Shown here piece by piece: positions 55,685 through 64,000 of a DNA stretch of 64,000 nt. The notes beneath the pieces were generated by a model. That model was not told the origin of the DNA. It did not search any database and was given only the letters and a program-made list of their open reading frames with translations. Origin of the DNA: a virus. The position numbers and the translations under genes were made by a program. The DNA lies in IMG/VR virus record IMGVR_UViG_3300006750_000002, positions 32,001 to 96,000 of that record. The stretch is one strand, 5' to 3'. How positions within the stretch are numbered: the stretch's first letter is position 1; each line of letters begins with the position of its first letter.

Positions 55685-58576
55685 ATGTCCGAACCAATAT
55701 TAGACTACGCCAATGCCGACTCAGAGGTCAGGCTTACCATGATGGGTGGGCCCAACCCATGCGGTGCGTATTACCCTACGTCCGGACCACTGTGGACCGA
55801 CAATATTGTAGAAGAAAAATGTTGGTCAAAAAACCCTGACCGTAATTATGGTAGTAATACACCACAACAGGGTTCAGGGTTTTGTTGTGACATGTTCAAT
55901 CGAGTAAATCCCGATACGACCGGAGACGCTTGGGAACTGGGACCTACTTACAGCCGATTCGATACGGTTGTTGGAACAGGATACTCGTGCCCTGGTTGTG
56001 GTCAACATTATTACAATAACACTCCATACGCAGGGTTCGAATACCCCGCGACTGCATCAAGTTTACAAAACCCATATTGGACCGATACGACGCCCTGTGA
56101 AGTGGACAGATGTGGATTGCCACCTGCAATCTGGAGACCTACAGAATATGTGACGCAATGGTCTGCATGTGTGTACCACATCGATGCTGGTTGTACAATG
56201 AATCACTCGTTTGGTTTGATTATGGGTGGGAATAATCCTACAGTAAACATAGCACACCCTGGGTCCCCCAATGGAAGGTGTAGTAGTAATTGCATGCAAT
56301 TAGGTATAGGATATTGGGAAAACGTGGCTGCTGGAGAATATATGAACCCCCACCAACCTGGACACTTCGATGATACGATTATTTACGATGGTGAAATGGG
56401 GACTCCAGACGCTAACGGTAATTCTGGACCTACGGGGCCGAAGTTAATTTGGGCTGGGTTTTGCCCAACTCAAATGGAGGAGGACAATATTGACTTGGAG
56501 ACTCTCGTTAATTATAATATCAGTAGTTGTCCCAATGGCGGCCCAAACCAAGACCGACAAGAGTTCGATTTAGAACCTGGGGGTGGTGACCAGTCCGTAC
56601 CAGGGTTAGGTGATACTACATCTATTGAGTGGGACCCTGATTTGGGAAATATCCCACAATCAGTAGATTACCCATTTCAACAACTGACTGCGGGGGGTAC
56701 AACGTATAGAGGATATTTACCTGACCTTGGTGTTGTAAGTCCCGATAACGCATGGGGGTTACTTTCCCCTGCGTTGGGAGGGACTGAATCACAACCAGAT
56801 AGTTATTTGTGGGCCCGTAAAAGTGTTTGGAGGGTGTCAGCCGCTAACGACCAACCATTTCCGACTTCTGACGAAGATGCTTTCCAAGTTTGTGAGTACA
56901 CTAGTTTTGGTTGCACAGACCCTTCTTTTGGTAGTTATAATGAGGACGCGAGATTAGATTGTAATGGCACACCGACAACGAATACGTTCTTAACTTCATA
57001 TTCTCTTATAGCTACGTGTGAGAATATAAATGGTGACCCAGGTATTTGTTGGGGCCCTGACGGATTCGCCTGTGGGAATTGCATAGACCCAAATACGAAC
57101 ACCTACTATACAGCCCCTACTGACGTTGGTGGAGGTTCTGTAGGGATGGGTGAGTATTATGACGGAGCTGAGATTATGTCAGAATCGAGTCCAAATATTC
57201 CATTGGAACCTGGAGGGTGTACACAAGAGATGTTAAACGCATGTGGAGCAACTGGAACACTGACTCCGACTGCTTGGAATTTAATGCAGGTCACCAGACC
57301 ATCATCTTGGTTATATGGTGGTGGCGCAGCCTCAATCCCTGACCCAACCGTAACAGGAGTTAATGGAGAAGCACGCTTTTGGGATAAAGACGGTAGAAAC
57401 GTTTTGGAAGACCCAGACCTTATAGGAAAGAGACCATTATGCCAATGTAGTAATTCGGGATGCCTGTACCCCGACGCGGACAATTATTCACCTATCAATA
57501 CCACTGATTGTAGTGATATGCCAGCCCCCACCGACCCTTCTATTTTACCGTACTGGGAACAACATGGTGATATATCTTGTTGTAGATTACAAGTGTATGG
57601 GTGTTCAGACGATACTTCAGATAACTATTTTTGTTCTATAGATTTAGATGGTGACGACATTCCCGATAATGCTCAATTTTGTATGACCTCGGATACTGGT
57701 ATACCGTGTTGGGATGAAGCTACTGGTTACAACCAAGACTGTGATGATAATGCCGTCCTGATGGATTTGACAATACCTAACACCAATACCTCCACTGGGT
57801 TATTCACGGTAACCATCCAAAACGACGGAACATGTGATATGTCTTTAATACCTGGTTGTATGGATGATGGTGGTTTAGGTTTGGCCGGTACTCCTTGGAT
57901 GGCACCAGTATTTCCAGGATACGCGGCAATGAATTTTGACCCCGACGCAACAATACACGCGGCATCTATGTGTGAATTTATGTTTGGTTGTCCCGACCCC
58001 TTAGCACAAAATGTTATAGACGGATTCCCAGTTTGTCCAATTAATGTGAATATGACGGGGACCATTGATGAAGTAGTGGATTATATTTATGGAGGATATG
58101 GCCTCACCATCGACGCCGCGTTCGTAGAAGATAATTTATTTCCGAATATTGAATGTTGTGATTATGAACTTGCTGGAGAAGGTCCTGGTTGTACTGACCC
58201 TAACGCTTTAAATTATAATCCATTAGCAGGTACAGATGACGGGAGTTGTCTATATAATATAGAAGGTTGTACAGACCCAGAAGCATTAAATTTTAACCCA
58301 CTTGCTACTTTAGACGACTCTTCATGTTTATACCCTGGAGACTACCCTGTAGAAGGAAGTAACTTCTTAGATGGCAGTGAAATGGAAATATGTAGAGAAC
58401 CATTAACAAAAGAAGAGGTGTTAATGAACGTTTGCCAACCAACAGAAATACAATCAGAAGTATTTATTGAAAGAGGTAAACAATCTGTGTTTGAACCCAA
58501 CCAAAGATTAGACGAAGTAAAGACGATAGGAGGTTTAAAAATATACGGATATGGGTTTTATAATATAAAAGAATAA
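55685..58576 (+). CDS. Cys/Pro/Gly-rich adhesin-like structural protein with GCTDP..A.NY.P.A..DDGSC repeats
   Basis: At least 6 degenerate GC(T/M/P/S/L)D-type repeats and visibly higher GC than the flanks. Confidence 0.6.
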   Translation: MSEPILDYANADSEVRLTMMGGPNPCGAYYPTSGPLWTDNIVEEKCWSKNPDRNYGSNTPQQGSGFCCDMFNRVNPDTTGDAWELGPTYSRFDTVVGTGYSCPGCGQHYYNNTPYAGFEYPATASSLQNPYWTDTTPCEVDRCGLPPAIWRPTEYVTQWSACVYHIDAGCTMNHSFGLIMGGNNPTVNIAHPGSPNGRCSSNCMQLGIGYWENVAAGEYMNPHQPGHFDDTIIYDGEMGTPDANGNSGPTGPKLIWAGFCPTQMEEDNIDLETLVNYNISSCPNGGPNQDRQEFDLEPGGGDQSVPGLGDTTSIEWDPDLGNIPQSVDYPFQQLTAGGTTYRGYLPDLGVVSPDNAWGLLSPALGGTESQPDSYLWARKSVWRVSAANDQPFPTSDEDAFQVCEYTSFGCTDPSFGSYNEDARLDCNGTPTTNTFLTSYSLIATCENINGDPGICWGPDGFACGNCIDPNTNTYYTAPTDVGGGSVGMGEYYDGAEIMSESSPNIPLEPGGCTQEMLNACGATGTLTPTAWNLMQVTRPSSWLYGGGAASIPDPTVTGVNGEARFWDKDGRNVLEDPDLIGKRPLCQCSNSGCLYPDADNYSPINTTDCSDMPAPTDPSILPYWEQHGDISCCRLQVYGCSDDTSDNYFCSIDLDGDDIPDNAQFCMTSDTGIPCWDEATGYNQDCDDNAVLMDLTIPNTNTSTGLFTVTIQNDGTCDMSLIPGCMDDGGLGLAGTPWMAPVFPGYAAMNFDPDATIHAASMCEFMFGCPDPLAQNVIDGFPVCPINVNMTGTIDEVVDYIYGGYGLTIDAAFVEDNLFPNIECCDYELAGEGPGCTDPNALNYNPLAGTDDGSCLYNIEGCTDPEALNFNPLATLDDSSCLYPGDYPVEGSNFLDGSEMEICREPLTKEEVLMNVCQPTEIQSEVFIERGKQSVFEPNQRLDEVKTIGGLKIYGYGFYNIKE

Positions 58577-58588
58577 ATATAAAATAAG

Positions 58589-59500
58589 ATGGCATTAGGA
58601 ACATACGGAATAAAAAGATTGTCGGACGTATCTCCAGAAAATGTGGAGATAGTTTCACTCTACACACCTAGTAGAGAGTCGGCTAGTGAAACTATTATTA
58701 AAAAATTAAATGCTAAAAGTATTTTAACACCATATTACCATAATACGGAAACTGGTGGAACTCCAGATATTGAATTACTTGGTGGGGTATACAACTTAAA
58801 ACTACCTTACAATGACTTTAAAGATAAAGGAATTTATAATTTAATCATTAGACCTTTAGAGATTAGAACATCTATAACTGATTGTGGGGTGCTCTCATCG
58901 TTACCAACCGTTAAAGGGTTAGTTTTTGATTTAAATAATGTGCCGACAGAATCTAGAAACAAATTTGTTAACAACGGATTAGTGGGGTATAGGGTAGAGT
59001 ATTTAAATAGTGATGGTACAAAAATTCCTAATTTTTATAGAATTGTAACATCGTCTTTTTTCTGTGAACCTGTAACACAAAATGTGACTAATAGTAACCA
59101 AAAAGCTATTCGATATAGATATATAAATGGTGGAAGTAATTTACTATTTTGTACATTAACACCTACATCAGCACCCTCTAATAAACCTACAGCTTTACCA
59201 TACATAGGTCAACCAGCACAAAATGTTATTATTTGTAATACACATTTTAATCCTATCCACTTGGAAATAGAAATGGTAGATTATGATGTGGATAGTTTAG
59301 GTATCGCTCTTTATGGTAATCAAACTAAATCACTTAGTGATGGGGTATATACCATATACGACACTAATAATAATATTTATAAACAATACAATTTATATGA
59401 AACTAGAGACCAGTTTGGTGAACCACTATATGAGGTAAGACAAGATAGGGGCAATAACATTGACTTTACAAAAGCATTTAGTAATATCGCGCAACAGTAA
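58589..59500 (+). CDS. hypothetical structural protein
   Basis: 303-aa ORF coupled by TAATG to the next gene. Confidence 0.6.
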   Translation: MALGTYGIKRLSDVSPENVEIVSLYTPSRESASETIIKKLNAKSILTPYYHNTETGGTPDIELLGGVYNLKLPYNDFKDKGIYNLIIRPLEIRTSITDCGVLSSLPTVKGLVFDLNNVPTESRNKFVNNGLVGYRVEYLNSDGTKIPNFYRIVTSSFFCEPVTQNVTNSNQKAIRYRYINGGSNLLFCTLTPTSAPSNKPTALPYIGQPAQNVIICNTHFNPIHLEIEMVDYDVDSLGIALYGNQTKSLSDGVYTIYDTNNNIYKQYNLYETRDQFGEPLYEVRQDRGNNIDFTKAFSNIAQQ

Positions 59501-62500
59501 TGGCCACAATTTATAACAATAATAGTCTTATACCTGGAAATGGTGCTGATGTGTTTGGGGATAAACTGGTCGGCAATCAGTTTGTTGATGGTGTTTCACA
59601 GTTTACTCTAGGTAATTTTGAAATCAAAAGTAACAACAACCAAAAAGACTCTAGAGATTTTAGTTTAGGGAATTTTTCAGAACCAATATCCCTTGAAACC
59701 CTTAACATTACTAGCCCTGAAGAATCTAGAATAATAGCTTCTAATAGGTTGGAAGTTTTTATAAATTATAATAGGAGTAATGTTACTAATTTTACACTTT
59801 ATGGCTCTTTAAGGGAACGGTTAAGAGTAGCTGTCACAAATATCGTTAAAAACTTCCCAGCAGCGGTTATTTTCAAGAAAACAAGAACTTGGTTAGATTA
59901 CCTTAGTGGGGAAACGGCTACCAACATTAACTATGACCCGAATATCAATAAAACCAATTTAAATCTTAACGTACTAAACGCTTATAACCCATTTAATATA
60001 GAATATAGTATTAATGGAAATGTTTACACCGACCCTAACGTCTCACCTTTAAGGAATTTAACGTTAGAATATGAAAAGTACTCACTGTTTTATGGGGATA
60101 AAGAATATCCTTTAACTTTTCTAAGGCCGACAACAGGGACGAGTAATACCGGAGTTATTAGGGTCGTAGTTGAGGGAGACCCCTTTAGTGGCACCTCAAC
60201 AACCAGTGAAACTTTCTATATTAGACCAAACACACTAACAACTGAAGAGGTGTTTGATAGTATGGAAGATATGGAAAAGTTCTTAGTCGAAAGAACCACT
60301 AACCCCATATATACTGCGACATTTGACCAACCAAGGGAAACGAGTACGGGTAGCATTATTAAATCTAGTGTATCAGTAACTTGGCCTTCATCAGATAATT
60401 GGAATCTGATTATAGACGGTAGTCTTTTTACAAGTTATTTAAGGCAACTATACGATATTGCGGATACTTACGATTCTTACAAAACAAACCTAGTTTCTAG
60501 ATTTTTAACAACTGCCTCATTAAAAGAGTTTGATACTTATGATGAAAAAGTAGATAAAATATTAAAAATATATGGTAGGAGTTTTGACCAGATAAAAAAG
60601 TATATTGATGGACTGGCTTACATGGCCACTACGACTTATGACGGGTTGGATAACATACCTAACGAACTATTAAAGAATTTTGCTCAAACGTTGGGGTGGA
60701 AAACACCGTCAGCTATAAAGAATGAAGGTCTTTTGGATAGTATGTTTAAACGAAACACTACTACGGAGTACGAAGGTCTAGCACAGAACCAAACACCAAC
60801 TGAACTTAATTATGAATTATATAGAAGGTTACTAGCGAATACAGCTTATTTGTTTAAATCTAAGGGGACTAGAAGAGGCATTGAATTTATGTTAAGATTT
60901 GTTGGGGCTCCTGAAGCGTTGATAGAGTTTAATGAGCATGTTTATGTTGCGGGACAACCTCTTAATATGAAAAATTTTAAGGACTACTCATTAAAAATTT
61001 CTGGGGGTACGTACACTGAAGAGGTTCCTGTTTTTGACACTTATTTTTCTGCGGCTACAGGAACTTTTCCACCCATAGTTATTACTGGGTATACATTTGG
61101 TTATGAAACGGTAACACAGACCACCAATATCATACCTGAAGCTCTTCCAGTTGACAAAGAAGGGTATCCGACAGTGCCACGATATGGGGAGGATTCCTAT
61201 TTCCAATCAGGTGCGGGATGGTTCGAAGAAACTATAGAACACCAAGGTAAAAAGGTAATAGATTATAAAACCTCAGTTTTTACGGGAAACACTCCTTTTA
61301 TTAAAACAAAATTAAATCAATTTTCTTATGGAGAACCTTACTTACAACTCTATAGGAAGTTTCCAGATTCTAAGTTAGGGTTTCCCATTGTTAGGACTGT
61401 AGATAATAAAAAATCTTGGGTAAGGAAAGACTCACACCAACGAAGGTATCTAAATCTACCCGATAGTGGAACTAATTACCAAACAGAAAACGATAAGCTT
61501 GTTGTTAATGTTAAAAACGTTGATATTTTCTTAAATATTGGGCAAGGTTTAGAGTGGGATGTCTGGAATTTTTCTAAAAAATATAGTTGCCCTTTCGGAC
61601 CGAACGCTTTAAGTTCCCCTTACCCTGGGGTAGGTGGGCCTGACTGGACGGAAATAGTTGCGGACGCATCTAAATTATCGTTCTTCGAATTTGCTCAGAA
61701 ATTCTGGACCGTTTTAATCAACGTTAAAAATAGGTTGACAATTGATGACGGACATGCTGGTGGTTATCCCACATTACTTAGCATATATTTAGATTATTTA
61801 AAGAGCGACCAAACATGTGGAATCCCAAGTAACCAATATACCTATGAAAAAATGGTCGCATATGTTGAAAACATGGGTGATTATTGGGTAAGGTTACTAG
61901 AACAACTAGTCCCATCGACAACTATTTGGCAAGGTGGGATTAAATATGAAAATTCTATATTTCACAGATACAAATACGCTTACAAACACGAACCATTATG
62001 TAATGATTTAGAATGTTTCGGTTCATTTGTTAATTGCTGTTACCCAATAACAAATAACATTTTAGTGGACGCAGTAAAAGAATGTGGGGGATTGGCGTTT
62101 TCGGGAGCTACTTGGCAAAATAAAATTACTTTAGGTGGTACGGTTTATACTGGTAACACTTACTACAGTAGTACTACAATAACTGACATCCCTAGTACAG
62201 ACATATGGTTAAATGATATGGTTAGTATTGTAAGTGGCATTACGGCAGACGTGACTGACCCTAACCATGTCCTTACGTATTATCTAATTAACGACAATAA
62301 TACACCCGTTGGAATCCCCATAGACCAACCAAATTGTATTGTAATACAAGGTCCGTGTAGTGGAGGTACGGATTTATGGAATTATAATAACGGTTCACAA
62401 CCAAACTGTTTTAAATCAGATATTTGTCTTAATTTACAAACTACACAAGCAGCCCCACTGCCTAACGGCACAGATATTTGGGCATTTTATGATACTACTT

Positions 62501-64000
62501 CTACCTATGGGGATACAGCTTTAGCAGCTAAAACCACATTAGATGATTGGGTTACTAGTTTAGGTACTGATTTCACAGGTAATGTTTACCATATGGGAGT
62601 CGCCACGGAAACGTGGTTAGAATGGGCTAGATATCCAATATCTGGTGGAACAATAAATTTAAAGCCTAGTCTTAACCCAGCAGTACATGCAGAGTTCGGC
62701 CCTTCTGGGCCGACCCAATACTTAGGTTTTAATGTATTCCCAGATGGTACGACATTTGGCACACCAACTAACCCTTCTGATGGTTTCCGTGGTTACTTAC
62801 CGATGACGGGAGTTAGTAGGGACGTATTAACAGTGTACTTTATTGATGAAGCTGGTTCATCAGTTGATGATGATGATGGCACTTATAATGCAAAATACCA
62901 TTATTTTCCAGATAAAGTGGTTTGTACTACCAAGTCTCCACCCGATGGTGCGGTTGTTGATTGGTCTGAGACCACTACTCCTTCCGCACTCACACAACCA
63001 TATCCTCTGTATGTGAAGCATTTTGATGAGTTTATGGACGCCTTTAATAATTACAATAGTTTTAAAGGTTTTGTGTACCCTATAATTTATAGTAATAATA
63101 ACTTTCACAATAATTTTCCATTACATGTGTATGGTGCATTAAGTACTAGTACGGTTTTACTTAGTGATTTAGTGGAAAACCCTACAGTTACCGCAGCTGG
63201 TGGTTCATTAAGTGCTATTACACTAACTAACCCATATACGGGACTTACTGGTACTAATGACACTACGGCTTATACTGGACCAGGTTTAGAAAACTTTGGT
63301 TTTGGTGCTAATTATAGTTTAGGGGCCACCGCCTGTAACGGTTTGATTTGTGGGGACATTGGTTTTAACACTAGTTGTATAAGACCTTTACAGTCCGGTG
63401 GTTTAGTGGATAGCACTGCATTTTTCACAGGGCCTCGATTTCAAGAAGACCTTTTAGAGTTTCTACAAGGTAATGCAGGTGGTGCAGCTTTTTCATTATT
63501 AACATGTGAAATATGTGTCCCCATATGTTACCAAGAAAGTACTGATAGGCCAGGTACAGCACCTCCTTGGAGTTTCGGTGTGGGGTACAACTACGGCGAT
63601 ACGGTATTATTCGAAGGTAACATATATATTTGGCAAGGTGAGGATGGAATATCTGGCCAGGAACCCGACTCATCAGATAATTGGGTAATGTTACCACCAC
63701 CAGGTTGTGTACCATTTTTAGGGGGTAATAATTTTAGGCTCCACGACGATTGTGCCGATTTTAGTGTTATACCAGGAAATCCAGAAGTCTCTGGAACCAC
63801 TATCACAACCTACCCAGAAATATTTAAAGATGGGATATCCAACATTGGGGCACAAGATTGTTTTGAATCCCAATACATGTCTTGTGAAGAATTAACAAAC
63901 CCGTGTGGTTGTAAGGAAACCTATGGTCAATTTGATATTTCTACCGTCTTTTTTGAGGTAGGAGACGTGGTATGCTGTCCAACAGGTGGGCAGGCGTGGA
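59500..64000 (+). CDS. 3'-truncated giant baseplate wedge/fibre protein (P2 gpI / T4 gp7-like core with distal Cys-rich and CBM5/12-like domains); missing from the ORF track
   Basis: ATG 59500 (MATIYNNNSLIPGNG...). Every block translated was stop-free, and the track (which lists only complete ORFs) shows nothing in this frame. Contains 'ELLKNFAQTLGW', 'FKSKGTRRGIEFML' and 'PWSFGVGYNYGDTVLFEGNIY...EPDSSDNW'. Confidence 0.8.
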   Translation, partial: MATIYNNNSLIPGNGADVFGDKLVGNQFVDGVSQFTLGNFEIKSNNNQKDSRDFSLGNFSEPISLETLNITSPEESRIIASNRLEVFINYNRSNVTNFTLYGSLRERLRVAVTNIVKNFPAAVIFKKTRTWLDYLSGETATNINYDPNINKTNLNLNVLNAYNPFNIEYSINGNVYTDPNVSPLRNLTLEYEKYSLFYGDKEYPLTFLRPTTGTSNTGVIRVVVEGDPFSGTSTTSETFYIRPNTLTTEEVFDSMEDMEKFLVERTTNPIYTATFDQPRETSTGSIIKSSVSVTWPSSDNWNLIIDGSLFTSYLRQLYDIADTYDSYKTNLVSRFLTTASLKEFDTYDEKVDKILKIYGRSFDQIKKYIDGLAYMATTTYDGLDNIPNELLKNFAQTLGWKTPSAIKNEGLLDSMFKRNTTTEYEGLAQNQTPTELNYELYRRLLANTAYLFKSKGTRRGIEFMLRFVGAPEALIEFNEHVYVAGQPLNMKNFKDYSLKISGGTYTEEVPVFDTYFSAATGTFPPIVITGYTFGYETVTQTTNIIPEALPVDKEGYPTVPRYGEDSYFQSGAGWFEETIEHQGKKVIDYKTSVFTGNTPFIKTKLNQFSYGEPYLQLYRKFPDSKLGFPIVRTVDNKKSWVRKDSHQRRYLNLPDSGTNYQTENDKLVVNVKNVDIFLNIGQGLEWDVWNFSKKYSCPFGPNALSSPYPGVGGPDWTEIVADASKLSFFEFAQKFWTVLINVKNRLTIDDGHAGGYPTLLSIYLDYLKSDQTCGIPSNQYTYEKMVAYVENMGDYWVRLLEQLVPSTTIWQGGIKYENSIFHRYKYAYKHEPLCNDLECFGSFVNCCYPITNNILVDAVKECGGLAFSGATWQNKITLGGTVYTGNTYYSSTTITDIPSTDIWLNDMVSIVSGITADVTDPNHVLTYYLINDNNTPVGIPIDQPNCIVIQGPCSGGTDLWNYNNGSQPNCFKSDICLNLQTTQAAPLPNGTDIWAFYDTTSTYGDTALAAKTTLDDWVTSLGTDFTGNVYHMGVATETWLEWARYPISGGTINLKPSLNPAVHAEFGPSGPTQYLGFNVFPDGTTFGTPTNPSDGFRGYLPMTGVSRDVLTVYFIDEAGSSVDDDDGTYNAKYHYFPDKVVCTTKSPPDGAVVDWSETTTPSALTQPYPLYVKHFDEFMDAFNNYNSFKGFVYPIIYSNNNFHNNFPLHVYGALSTSTVLLSDLVENPTVTAAGGSLSAITLTNPYTGLTGTNDTTAYTGPGLENFGFGANYSLGATACNGLICGDIGFNTSCIRPLQSGGLVDSTAFFTGPRFQEDLLEFLQGNAGGAAFSLLTCEICVPICYQESTDRPGTAPPWSFGVGYNYGDTVLFEGNIYIWQGEDGISGQEPDSSDNWVMLPPPGCVPFLGGNNFRLHDDCADFSVIPGNPEVSGTTITTYPEIFKDGISNIGAQDCFESQYMSCEELTNPCGCKETYGQFDISTVFFEVGDVVCCPTGGQAW

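Noticed and set aside
428-63806. Dozens of short ORFs nested in or antisense to long genes (e.g. 23972-24526, 26407-27000, 37035-37463, 10971-11387, 17392-17706)
   Set aside because: They are shadow frames of well-supported genes with no recognisable motifs, promoters or leaders.
1-64000. Eukaryotic giant virus (PolB, SNF2, Cys-rich proteins) or a bacterial eCIS locus
   Set aside because: Sheath, tube, neck, tape measure, gp32-like SSB, DnaB, RecA, bacterial promoters and terminators indicate a myovirus; eCIS loci lack replication and neck genes.
1-64000. CRISPR array, tRNA genes, integrase
   Set aside because: No regularly spaced repeats, cloverleaf or T-loop motifs, or recombinase motifs were seen; intergenic gaps are short.
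1-64000. Stop-codon reassignment
   Set aside because: Long genes are intact under the standard code, and TAG (12075, 40160, 44984) and TGA (22368, 55668) end genes at natural boundaries.
59501-64000. Large non-coding region suggested by the ORF track
   Set aside because: It is a single ORF running off the window, omitted because it has no stop codon inside the window.

Overview
The window is an internal segment of a large, AT-rich (roughly 35% GC by eye), contractile-tailed dsDNA bacteriophage. Both terminal ORFs are cut by the window edges. It holds a T4-like neck/tail/baseplate module (neck, head-closure, tail terminator, sheath, tube, tail-assembly chaperones, tape measure, tube initiator, LysM-like wedge, hub with a C-terminal amidase, gp25- and gp6/J-like wedges, Cys-rich fibre/adhesin proteins). 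Interleaved with this are replication genes: PolB, SNF2 helicase, gp32-like SSB, RecA, 5'-3' exonuclease, DnaB and a class II B12-dependent RNR. Accessory genes include a T5orf172 nuclease, a HAD/kinase/HAD cluster, a Mom-like DNA-modification enzyme, an FKBP PPIase and an Smr protein. TAnnTTTG promoters and A-rich, SD-less leaders point to a Bacteroidota host. No terminase, portal, capsid, integrase, tRNA or CRISPR array was seen. Most notable observations: (1) a candidate +1 programmed frameshift joining gp26-like and gp51-like genes before the tape measure; (2) an exact 28-bp in-frame direct repeat shared by two unrelated tail genes 27.4 kb apart; (3) apparent absence of GATC alongside a GIY-YIG nuclease with a RAMA-like tail and a Mom enzyme, a possible self/non-self DNA system; (4) a kinase/phosphatase cluster whose members carry a putative capsid-targeting leader; (5) a TATTTAT late-promoter motif. 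All family assignments come from motif recognition by eye; no database searches were run.
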